From Nitrospirota bacterium (GTDB lineage: Bacteria > Nitrospirota > Nitrospiria > Nitrospirales > Nitrospiraceae), in assembly GCA_963703955.1 (NCBI GenBank), contig CAVPGK010000007.1, positions 1 through 12,205 of the forward strand: a stretch of DNA of 12,205 nucleotides. Direction: 5' to 3'. Below, one piece after another: positions 1-7,307 of this stretch. Position numbers and translations under genes: made by a program. Under the pieces are notes generated by a model, which ran no database searches, had not been told where the DNA came from, and saw only the letters and a program-made list of their open reading frames with translations. Each line of letters opens with the position of its first letter. Position 1 is the first letter of the stretch.

Positions 1-1164
1 GTGGGATCGTAGAAGCGGTGGATGAGATTCACCAGTGTCGTTTTCCCTGATCCTGTCGGCCCCACCAAGGCCACCATCTCACCGGGCTTAATCTCAAACG
101 ACACATCGGTCAGGACCGGTTGTCTGGGGTCATACGCGAAACTCACATGTTCGACTTGAACGTGACCACTGATGGGCGGCATGGCGATCGCATCGGGCTG
201 ATCGCTGCACTTCCGGTTCGGTATCCAGAATTTCAAACACCCGCCGCATGGCCCCCTGGGCCTCTTTGATCTGGGCAAAAACTCTGGCCGCCGAGCCGAA
301 CGGTCCGATCAGGATGCCGGCGAACAGCACGAACGCGAAGAGATCGCCTGGCGTGACCAGGCCCTGGATGACTTGTTGACCGCCATACCAGAGCACGGCT
401 GCGGCAGCAGCGAAGGTCAGCAGTGTAATCACCGGGACGAAGACCGCCAGCACGGCGGCTCTGCGGAGGGTCAGGTGAAGAGCGGCGCGAACCTGTCTCG
501 TGAACCGGATTTCCTCGCGACGGGTCTGCACGAACGACTTGACCACGCGAATGCCGGACATGACCTCCTCGACTAAGGTGGTGGTGGACGCCGTCTGATC
601 CTGGATATCGGTCGAGAGCGCTTTGAGACGTTTGCCGAACAAGCGGGCGACCAGAACCAAGAGGGGAAGGAGCAGCAGGATCAGCAGGCACAGTCGCCAG
701 TTCATGACAAGGAGAAACGCCACACCGCCGATGAATGTCACGATTTGTTTGGTCGAATCGATCGGTGTTTCGGTGACGGTGGCCTGAATGACGTTCACAT
801 CATTCATGAGCCGGGAAAGGATTTCCCCTGTCCGTCGCTTGGCAAAAAAACTCAAGGACAGCTGCTGCAGATGCGCAAACAGGTGCGTTCGGAAATCCGC
901 CATGATGTGTTGTGAAACCCATGCGGTCAGATAGCTGTGGCCCATCGACAAGAATCCTTGTGCCAATACGATACCAAGGAAGAGACCGATCGTATGGGTC
1001 ATGCCTGAGAGGTTTCGTTGAACGGTGATGAGGTCCCACAGGATACCGGCCACCCTCACGAGGGCGAGGTTGAGCAACGCCACGACCATGACGAGGATCG
1101 CGGCCCCGATCATGTGAGGGAGGTATGGCCTGAGAAATGGATAGAAACGGGAGTAGTACGACAT
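1..1164 (-). pseudogene. MsbA-like ABC exporter (fused TMD-NBD), frameshifted near 204-208 and truncated by the window edge; true pseudogene or sequencing indel
   Basis: ATG at 1164 with GAGG upstream. The 6-TM ABC membrane domain has typical motifs ([48 protein letters not shown]). The ORF then runs into non-homologous sequence and stops at 130. Skipping one base at about 204 gives [67 protein letters not shown], open to the window edge, with Walker A GPTGSGKT at 62..39. Confidence 0.88.
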
Positions 1165-1272
1165 GGGTCGCCTCAGCTTTCAGCCTGGGCGCTAGTTGAT
1201 TGTCGAATGCCGAACGCTTGGAGTTGAAACAGGAGGGAGACGTACACTCAATTGATGATGTCTGGAGACTTA

Positions 1273-1491
1273 TTACACCAAGGTAATCGATTCGATCATA
1301 GTCTTGTTCAACATGACGAAGTCTGCGCGGTCCTTCTCGTTGACGACGACATCCGTTAGGCTGATAAAGAGCCGTTGATCTTCATTGATGACGTCCGACA
1401 CGCGATTCCGCATCGCCGGAATCACAAAGTCACCGACATAGGTACCGTTGACCGTTCGGACTTGGATGCGGGCTTTTTTGCCCTCGGTCAC
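1273..1491 (-). CDS. Small conserved hypothetical protein (72 aa), DUF6812-like
   Basis: GTG start with a strong SD (GGAGGT) just upstream. The beta-rich pattern (IQVRTVNGTYVGDF...RVSDVINE...FISLTDVVV...FVMLNKTMIESI) resembles DUF6812 proteins from memory. Double TAA stop. Confidence 0.75.
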   Translation of the reverse strand: MTEGKKARIQVRTVNGTYVGDFVIPAMRNRVSDVINEDQRLFISLTDVVVNEKDRADFVMLNKTMIESITLV

Positions 1492-1521
1492 TTTGACCTC
1501 CGGTTCCCGGCGGCGCTGCGT

Positions 1522-1617
1522 CTAGGTCTTCCGTCGCAGAAACTTCTGCCGTCTACGCAACTTCTTATGTTTGTGTTTCCGCATTTTCTTGCGCCGTTTC
1601 TTTAGAACACTGGCCAT
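1522..1617 (-). CDS. 30S ribosomal protein bS22 / AURKAIP1-COX24 (mS38, DUF1713) family small basic protein, 31 aa
   Basis: Hand translation gives MASVLKKRRKKMRKHKHKKLRRRQKFLRRKT*. SD GGGAG lies 5 nt upstream of the ATG. It has 18 K/R and no acidic residues, and matches the family pattern (M-x-S-V-[IL]-K-K-R-R-K-[KR]-M-x-K-x-K-H-[KR]-K-L). It is absent from the ORF track because of its length. Confidence 0.88.
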   Translation of the reverse strand: MASVLKKRRKKMRKHKHKKLRRRQKFLRRKT

Positions 1618-1719
1618 GCACGCTCCCAGACGACATAGGTAAAAATGGGACTGAGAAGGGCACCAACACGAAAGGTACGCCGGGATCATGACGGCCCTTC
1701 ACGCCCCTAAAGCCGCGCA

Positions 1720-1749
1720 GTGGTAACACAACTCCATCAATGGTGTCAA
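1720..1749 (-). promoter_or_regulatory. Putative sigma70 promoter for the bS22-like/DUF6812-like/ABC unit
   Basis: TTGACA (1749-1744), an 18-nt spacer ending in TGT, then TACCAC (1725-1720). The -35 is perfect, the -10 is imperfect, and a GC-rich stretch follows. Confidence 0.45.
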
Positions 1750-1788
1750 GATGACGAGCTGCGGATTGATCGCCGAAAGCCGCTCACC

Positions 1789-1817
1789 TTGACGGCTCCA
1801 ATCAGGCTTCCTATACT
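1789..1817 (+). promoter_or_regulatory. Sigma70 promoter of the lipoprotein-nadB unit (probably leaderless)
   Basis: TTGACG (1789-1794), 17 nt, TATACT (1812-1817). The ATG at 1823 sits at the expected transcription start. Confidence 0.7.
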
Positions 1818-1822
1818 GACTC

Positions 1823-2323
1823 ATGCCGCTTCGTCAGGTCTCGCCTGCCTCGGTCTTCTTTTTGTTTCTCATGTGTCTCGCCGGTCAGCTCTTAGGTTGT
1901 TCTTCGAAGGGACCACAATATCCCGAGGAGCACGCACGATATCGCCGGATTGATGCGGCGGTCGACGATTTGCGCAAGGCCTATGTTCGCAAAGACCTGT
2001 CCGCCATCGAAGCGCTGGTTCTTCCGGTCGACTCCCTTGAGCGGATGCAGTCTGAGATCAGGAAGGACTTTGAAGAGTTCCAAGAGATCGAGCTCGATTT
2101 TTCGATCGATCGTATTGTCATTGTAGGGGAGACGATCGACGTCTATGTCCACTGGCAAGGGCGTTGGAAGCGGGCCTCGGCTGATCTCGGCATCAGGGAC
2201 CGAGGCCACGGCATGCTGCGATGGGTTGGGGTCCAATCCATACTTCTCAACGGTATTGATGGAGATCTCCCCTTCGGCATGGCCACTCGCCATACGGTGC
2301 CGTCGTCGCAGCCGGCCTCATAG
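1823..2323 (+). CDS. Putative lipoprotein of unknown function (possible NTF2/SnoaL-like fold)
   Basis: Basic N-terminus, a hydrophobic stretch and lipobox LLG-C26. The helix-then-beta pattern (IELDFSIDRIVIVGETIDVYVHWQGRW) is reminiscent of NTF2-like domains. It lies directly downstream of a consensus promoter. Confidence 0.75.
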   Translation: MPLRQVSPASVFFLFLMCLAGQLLGCSSKGPQYPEEHARYRRIDAAVDDLRKAYVRKDLSAIEALVLPVDSLERMQSEIRKDFEEFQEIELDFSIDRIVIVGETIDVYVHWQGRWKRASADLGIRDRGHGMLRWVGVQSILLNGIDGDLPFGMATRHTVPSSQPAS

Positions 2324-2371
2324 GGGCGGCGCACATTTCAGGCGGCGCTTCAGTCGGTGACAGTTTTATCA

Positions 2372-4099
2372 ATGGGATCCTCTCGCGCCTCCAAAACGTT
2401 CGAACCTTCATCGGAACACATGCCGGTGGCTGATTCGGATTTCCTGGTCATTGGGAGCGGGGTCGCCGGCCTTCGCGCAGCCATTGAACTCAGCCGCCAC
2501 GGACGGGTCGCCATGCTCACCAAGGGGAACCCACTGGAAAGCAGTTCCATTCATGCGCAGGGAGGTGTGGCGGTGGCCTTAAGTGAAGAGGACGATGTCG
2601 CCATCCACCTGACCGATACGGTCAAGGCCGGTCGAGGACTATGCCGCAAAGACGCGGTTCGCATCCTCGTTGAAGAAGGTCCTGAGCGAATCCAAGAGTT
2701 AATCTCCTGGGGCGCTCGATTCGACAAGATCGGCGGAAAATTCGCTTTTGCTCGGGAAGCGGCCCATAGCCGCAGTCGGATCCTGCGCGCGCGCGGAGAT
2801 GCGACCGGAAACGAAATGGTCAGGGTGTTGATGGCCGAGGCACGCCGACAAAGAGGCATTCACTGGCTGGGCCACCATTTCACGGCTGATCTGGTCGTGG
2901 TTCAAGGCGTCTGCCGGGGCGCCCTGGTGCTGGATGAGACGACCGGCGTTCGCGCGATCCTCCCGGCCCGTGCAGTCCTGCTGGCGACGGGCGGTGCAGG
3001 GCAGGTCTATGCCCGTACCACCAACCCGGCCAATGCGACCGGAGACGGAATGGCCATGGCCTTTCGTGCGGGAGCCGTCCTCGAAGATATGGAGTTTGTT
3101 CAGTTTCATCCGACCGCATTGTATCTTCCTTCCAGTCCTCCGTTTCTCCTCTCGGAGGCGATCCGCGGCGAAGGCGGGCAGCTTCGGAACATCAAGGGGG
3201 AGCGGTTCATGTCCCGTTATCATGAGGCCGGGGAACTGGCTCCACGGGACATCGTCGCGCGCGCGATCTGGTCCGAAATGGCAGCGACACGCTCCCGGCA
3301 CGTGTATCTCGATGTCACCCACTTGAGCGCGTCTTTCATTAGGCAACGGTTCCCCACGATCTATTCCACCTGTTTGCGCTATGACATCGATATGACCGAG
3401 GAATGGATTCCGGTTTCACCTAGCGCCCATTACGTGATGGGTGGGGTGTGGACCGATACGGAAGGGGCTTCCAGTCTTCCGGGCCTTTTCGCGGCAGGAG
3501 AGGTGGCGTGTTGTGGTGTCCACGGCGCCAACCGACTGGCCAGCAATTCCTTGCTCGAAGGTCTCGTCTTCGGCGCGAGAGCGGCCGGGGCAGCCGTCTC
3601 GTTTGCGGAGAAACATCGCGAAAGCTCGGCTGTGCTACCGACTCCGCGCGACTTGGATGGTGGTCCGCCAGGCGCACTGGAAGATGCCGACAAGCTTCGT
3701 AGCTCGCTACGCCGTCTGATGTGGGGAAAGGTCGGTGTTGTGAGGACGCGCGATTCTCTTGTCAGCGCCACGGCTCAACTGTCGCGGTGGGAGCGCCTGG
3801 TGGCCCACACGTTGGCATCACGAGGAGAACTGGAGGTGAAAAATATGCTCCAAGTGGCGCGATGTATTGCGGAGGCGGCTCTATGGAGGGAAAACAGCGT
3901 GGGAGCGCATTACCGAGCGGATTATCCGGACGCCCAACGGCCGGGATGGAGGCAACACAGCCGGCTGCAGCGTGAGCTGTCCGCCCGTAGCAGGTCGCCT
4001 GTTCAGTCGGGTACTCCAGCGCGTGAGCGGCCGATGCGGCCGCTGGAGTCGGCTACGGGTTTGGGACAACGGGGACCGGCGCGGTCCTCGACCAGGTGA
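2372..4099 (+). CDS. nadB: L-aspartate oxidase (NAD biosynthesis)
   Basis: FAD-binding VIGSGVAGL, SSIHAQGGVA, REAAHSRSRIL, TTNPANATGDG, EFVQFHPT, LLSEAIRGEG, ELAPRDIVARAI, AHYVMGG, GVHGANRLASNSLLEGLVFG, and C-terminal RENSVGAHYRADYP. The start is uncertain (GTG 2357, ATG 2372 or ATG 2420). Confidence 0.93.
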   Translation: MGSSRASKTFEPSSEHMPVADSDFLVIGSGVAGLRAAIELSRHGRVAMLTKGNPLESSSIHAQGGVAVALSEEDDVAIHLTDTVKAGRGLCRKDAVRILVEEGPERIQELISWGARFDKIGGKFAFAREAAHSRSRILRARGDATGNEMVRVLMAEARRQRGIHWLGHHFTADLVVVQGVCRGALVLDETTGVRAILPARAVLLATGGAGQVYARTTNPANATGDGMAMAFRAGAVLEDMEFVQFHPTALYLPSSPPFLLSEAIRGEGGQLRNIKGERFMSRYHEAGELAPRDIVARAIWSEMAATRSRHVYLDVTHLSASFIRQRFPTIYSTCLRYDIDMTEEWIPVSPSAHYVMGGVWTDTEGASSLPGLFAAGEVACCGVHGANRLASNSLLEGLVFGARAAGAAVSFAEKHRESSAVLPTPRDLDGGPPGALEDADKLRSSLRRLMWGKVGVVRTRDSLVSATAQLSRWERLVAHTLASRGELEVKNMLQVARCIAEAALWRENSVGAHYRADYPDAQRPGWRQHSRLQRELSARSRSPVQSGTPARERPMRPLESATGLGQRGPARSSTR

Positions 4100-4742
4100 C
4101 GGAGGCGAAGGGTTTGACGGAATACGGTTCAGAGAATCGGCGATCGCCGAACATGCGGTAGTAGCGGAGAACTTTTTTCACATAGCGACGAGTCTCGCGA
4201 ATCGGCGGTAGCGTGTCGTATCGCTCGACGCGGGTCACCCCGGCGTTGTAAGCGGCAAGCGCGAGGGGCAGGTTGCCGCTAAACCGATCGAGCAGGTAGC
4301 GAAGGTAACGCGCCCCTCCCGCGATATTTTCTTCCGGATCGAACGGATCCTCAATCGCCAGTTTCTCGGCTGTCCGCGGCATGAGCTGCATCAAACCGAT
4401 CGCGCCTGCCCGAGAGACCGCACTCGGGTCAAAATCCGACTCTGCCTTGATCACGGCGCTCAACAAGGCCGGATCGAGGCGGTGGCGCATGGAGTGGTGC
4501 ACGATTGTCCCTTCCAATCGACCCATCGACAGACGGGTACGCGAAGGGCTGTCCAGGTCAACTTTCTTGAAGCGCACGTCGCTCGGCACATTGGTGAACG
4601 AAAGGGTTCCGTCCCGTTCAACGTGCCGGTAAAGGTCACCCTTCTCGCCTGCCGCAACCGGGGTGGTGTTGAAAAACACGATCCCCGGCATCAGGGTTCC
4701 CACCAAAATGATTCTGATCAGCACGAAGAGGTTCTTCCGCAT
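4053..4742 (-). CDS. Soluble lytic transglycosylase (SLT domain) with N-terminal signal and DUF4124-like segment
   Basis: SLT motifs AVIKAESDFDP (catalytic Glu), GAIGLMQLMP, ALAAYNAG and ETRRYVKKV. Hydrophobic N-terminus followed by LYRHVERDGTLSFTNVP. Confidence 0.92.
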   Translation of the reverse strand: MRKNLFVLIRIILVGTLMPGIVFFNTTPVAAGEKGDLYRHVERDGTLSFTNVPSDVRFKKVDLDSPSRTRLSMGRLEGTIVHHSMRHRLDPALLSAVIKAESDFDPSAVSRAGAIGLMQLMPRTAEKLAIEDPFDPEENIAGGARYLRYLLDRFSGNLPLALAAYNAGVTRVERYDTLPPIRETRRYVKKVLRYYRMFGDRRFSEPYSVKPFASVTWSRTAPVPVVPNP

Positions 4743-4750
4743 ATCGTAGA

Positions 4751-4779
4751 AAGATAGCAGCCGCTCTCTAACCTGTCAA
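4751..4779 (-). promoter_or_regulatory. Sigma70 promoter of the lytic transglycosylase gene
   Basis: TTGACA (4779-4774), a 17-nt spacer ending in TGC (extended -10), then TATCTT (4756-4751). Only 8 nt separate it from the ATG at 4742. Confidence 0.7.
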
Positions 4780-4802
4780 AACATCACGCAAAAATGTGGT
4801 CC

Positions 4803-5663
4803 TCATTCCAGGAAACGCGCGAGGTTTGAACGGAACAGGTTATGGAGGTGCGTGGTGAGCGCTCCTGGTTTTCCCGATCCCACCGTGGTCCGGTCTATCT
4901 CTCGGACCGGCATCAGTTCCATTGAGGTGTTGGTCAGGAAACATTCGTCTGCTTGAAGGAGGGTCTCCGGAAAATAAAAACCTTCTTCAGTAGCTATGTT
5001 GTGTTCCCGAGCCAATGACAATACCACTTCACGGGTGATTCCGTCCAGAATGCCGCACTCAATGGATGGAGTGCAGAGTCGTCTCGCTTTGATGAAGAAC
5101 ACATTACTGGTCGTACTTTCTGTGATCTGCCCTTCAACGTTCAGCAGAAGTCCATCAAAGGCGCCAGTCCGCAAGGCTTCCCGTTTCGCCATAATATTGT
5201 TGAGAAAGTTCAATGACTTGATTTGGGGGGGGAGGGCGGTCGCCAAGTTTCTGCGCACGCTGACAACCGCAAGCCTGACCCCCTTTTCATACAGGTGGCT
5301 GGGATACGAGACCAAAGATTTCGCAATGATCACAACCGTCGGGCGTGGACACAACGCGGGATCCAGCCCGATGTCGCCTTCCCCCCGCGAGACCGTAATG
5401 CGTACATACGCGTCTTCAAGGCCGTTGATCCTGATGGCCTCATGCAGAAGCGATGGCCAATCCTTCTCCGGGATCGGAAGATCGAGCCCGATCAGGCGAC
5501 CGGATCGCCTGAGCCGAGTCAGGTGTGATGCGAGCATGAAGAAGCGGCCGCCATAGGCCCGAAGCGTCTCATACACACCATCGCCATAGAGAAAACCATG
5601 GTCGAAAACCGAGATGGCTGCTTCTTCTTTCGATACGAAGCGATCATTCAGAAAGATCAACAC
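4803..5663 (-). CDS. pabC: Class IV PLP-dependent enzyme; probable 4-amino-4-deoxychorismate lyase (IlvE/D-AAT-like)
   Basis: SVFDHGFLYGDGVYETLR, HLTRL, RITVSRG, PLP lysine in IKSLN, ESTTSNVF, GILDGITR and ADECFLTNT. The PabC call rests on adjacency to pabB. The Tyr of the BCAT-like KSLNY motif is Phe here. Confidence 0.75.
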   Translation of the reverse strand: MLIFLNDRFVSKEEAAISVFDHGFLYGDGVYETLRAYGGRFFMLASHLTRLRRSGRLIGLDLPIPEKDWPSLLHEAIRINGLEDAYVRITVSRGEGDIGLDPALCPRPTVVIIAKSLVSYPSHLYEKGVRLAVVSVRRNLATALPPQIKSLNFLNNIMAKREALRTGAFDGLLLNVEGQITESTTSNVFFIKARRLCTPSIECGILDGITREVVLSLAREHNIATEEGFYFPETLLQADECFLTNTSMELMPVREIDRTTVGSGKPGALTTHLHNLFRSNLARFLE

Positions 5664-7142
5664 TCAGGACTCCCTCAAGGCCTTCAGGAGTCCTTCGGCC
5701 TTGAATAAGGTCTCCTGGTATTCTTTGTGCGGATTCGAATCCGCCACAATTCCCGCCCCGACCTGAAGATACCCGCGACCCTTGGTCAGCACAAGCGTCC
5801 GGATAATGATGTTGAGATCCAGATCTCCGCTCCAGCTCAAGTATCCCAATGAGCCTGTGTAGGCTCCGCGCCGGACCGGCTCGAGGCTTTCGATGATTTC
5901 CATACAACGGATCTTCGGGACCCCCGTGATGGTCCCGCCGGGGAACACGGCTCGGATCACGTCGAAGCCGTCCAACCCCTCGCGAAGCTCCCCGGTGATG
6001 TTCGAGACGATATGGCTGACGTGTGAGTACCGCTCAACGACCATGAACTCGTCGGCGCGTACGGAGCCATAGCGGCAGACCCGGCCGAGGTCGTTCCGTT
6101 CGAGATCGACCAGCATCACGTGCTCGGCTCGCTCCTTCGCATTACTCAGAAGTTCATCCGCCAGCCGTCTGTCCTCCGCAGGAGTACGGCCTCGCGGGCG
6201 GGTGCCGGCGATGGGACGAGTGTCGATCCGATTCCCGTCAAGACGAACCAGCCGCTCCGGGGATGAGCTAATCAGACAGACCCGATCGAACGCCAGAAAG
6301 GCGGAGAACGGAGATGGGCTCACGATCCGTAGTCGTCGATAGAGGTCAGCCGCTATCGACTCGGTGAGAGCAGGGGAACCGATCGAGTCGATCGTGAAGC
6401 GATGGGAAAGGTTGGCCTGATAGATGTCTCCGGCGCGAATATACTCTTGGCACCTCAGGACCTGCTCCATGTAGGAATCGGCGGATTGATTCGGCGTGAC
6501 GTGAACCCGTTCGGCGGACAATGGATCTTCAGATCTCGGATGGGGGACTGAGAGTCTCGCTTCGAACTCGGCCAACCGATCACAACCCTCGCGGTAGAGT
6601 TTCTCGCGTGATTCCCAGAGAAATCGGCCGAATGGAGGTGAGAAAATCAGGTGAAGCGTGCGCGTGGAATGATCGATAGCGGCGAGCAGTTCCACGAAGG
6701 CGAACTGCATATCCGGCAGCCCCAGGTCATCTTTAGCCAAACTCGGAAGAGATTCGAACTGGCGGACGGTGTCGTAGCTGAAGAAGCCCACTGCTCCCCC
6801 CCAGAACGGGGGGAACCCGTTGGGCTTTGGCAGGTGAGATGCCCGTAAGAGCTCCGTCAACGCGACGTATGGATCGCCGTCTCGGACGACCGTTCCCTCG
6901 CGTGTTGTGAGTTCATAACGAGGAGCTTTCCCCGATAGCACGAGGTACGGATCGCTGCCGAAAAATGAATACCGTCCCATGGGAGCGGCCGTCTGGCCGC
7001 TCTCCAACAGGAACGACGGTCGGCCAGGCAGGACGATCCTGCCGTAGAGGTCGTACGGGGTGGCCTCTGGTAGAGGGAGCGACAGAACAAGGGGACCTGG
7101 GGACGCTTGCGTGAGAAATTCGAGACGAGAGGGAACAATCAT
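5664..7142 (-). CDS. pabB: Aminodeoxychorismate synthase component I (anthranilate synthase component I family)
   Basis: FLLESG...GRYSFFG, FWGGAVGFFSYD, EYIRAGDIYQANLS, SPSPFSAF (PabB-like rather than TrpE NPSPY), SSSPERLV, RPIAGTRPRG, KERAEHVMLVDLERNDLG, FPGGTITGVPKIR, RGAYTGSLG and GAGIVADS. It is adjacent to a class IV PLP enzyme. Confidence 0.82.
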   Translation of the reverse strand: MIVPSRLEFLTQASPGPLVLSLPLPEATPYDLYGRIVLPGRPSFLLESGQTAAPMGRYSFFGSDPYLVLSGKAPRYELTTREGTVVRDGDPYVALTELLRASHLPKPNGFPPFWGGAVGFFSYDTVRQFESLPSLAKDDLGLPDMQFAFVELLAAIDHSTRTLHLIFSPPFGRFLWESREKLYREGCDRLAEFEARLSVPHPRSEDPLSAERVHVTPNQSADSYMEQVLRCQEYIRAGDIYQANLSHRFTIDSIGSPALTESIAADLYRRLRIVSPSPFSAFLAFDRVCLISSSPERLVRLDGNRIDTRPIAGTRPRGRTPAEDRRLADELLSNAKERAEHVMLVDLERNDLGRVCRYGSVRADEFMVVERYSHVSHIVSNITGELREGLDGFDVIRAVFPGGTITGVPKIRCMEIIESLEPVRRGAYTGSLGYLSWSGDLDLNIIIRTLVLTKGRGYLQVGAGIVADSNPHKEYQETLFKAEGLLKALRES

Positions 7143-7278
7143 GGCCTATCCAGCTAAAGGCTCAGCATACTCACGGGTTCGTCAACACGACCGTAACACT
7201 GATGCCACTGAAGGTAGCGGTGAAGGTTGGCTCCTGATCCGACCGGAGCAAATTCCTTCCACGGGTTAATCAGGCAGC

Positions 7279-7307
7279 ATTGTGCCGCGAATACCGTTAT
7301 GGTTCAA
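7279..7307 (-). promoter_or_regulatory. Possible sigma70 promoter for pabB-pabC
   Basis: TTGAAC (7307-7302), 17 nt, CACAAT (7284-7279). This would give a leader of about 130 nt. Confidence 0.4.

Noticed and set aside
130..204. C-terminal [24 protein letters not shown] of the 344-aa ORF as a true protein end (TMD-only transporter)
   Set aside because: It is out-of-frame read-through after the frameshift. The adjacent frame encodes a proper NBD.
2357..4099. Succinate dehydrogenase or fumarate reductase flavoprotein
   Set aside because: It lacks the covalent-FAD His segment and neighbouring Fe-S or anchor subunit genes. Its motifs (LASNSLLE, EAAHS) fit NadB.
2551..5556. Numerous overlapping alternative-frame ORFs (e.g. 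2699-3346, 2934-3326, 4996-5556)
   Set aside because: All are nested in well-supported genes and lack motifs, as is typical of spurious ORFs.
7204..7227. GCCACTG-N7-CGGTGAAGGT resembling a cobalamin riboswitch subdomain
   Set aside because: There is no AGGGAA/GGTG-AA-TCC core upstream and no B12 box downstream, and the gene context does not fit.
7143..7300. THF, ZTP or TPP riboswitch in the pabB leader
   Set aside because: None of the conserved core sequences could be found by eye on the minus strand.
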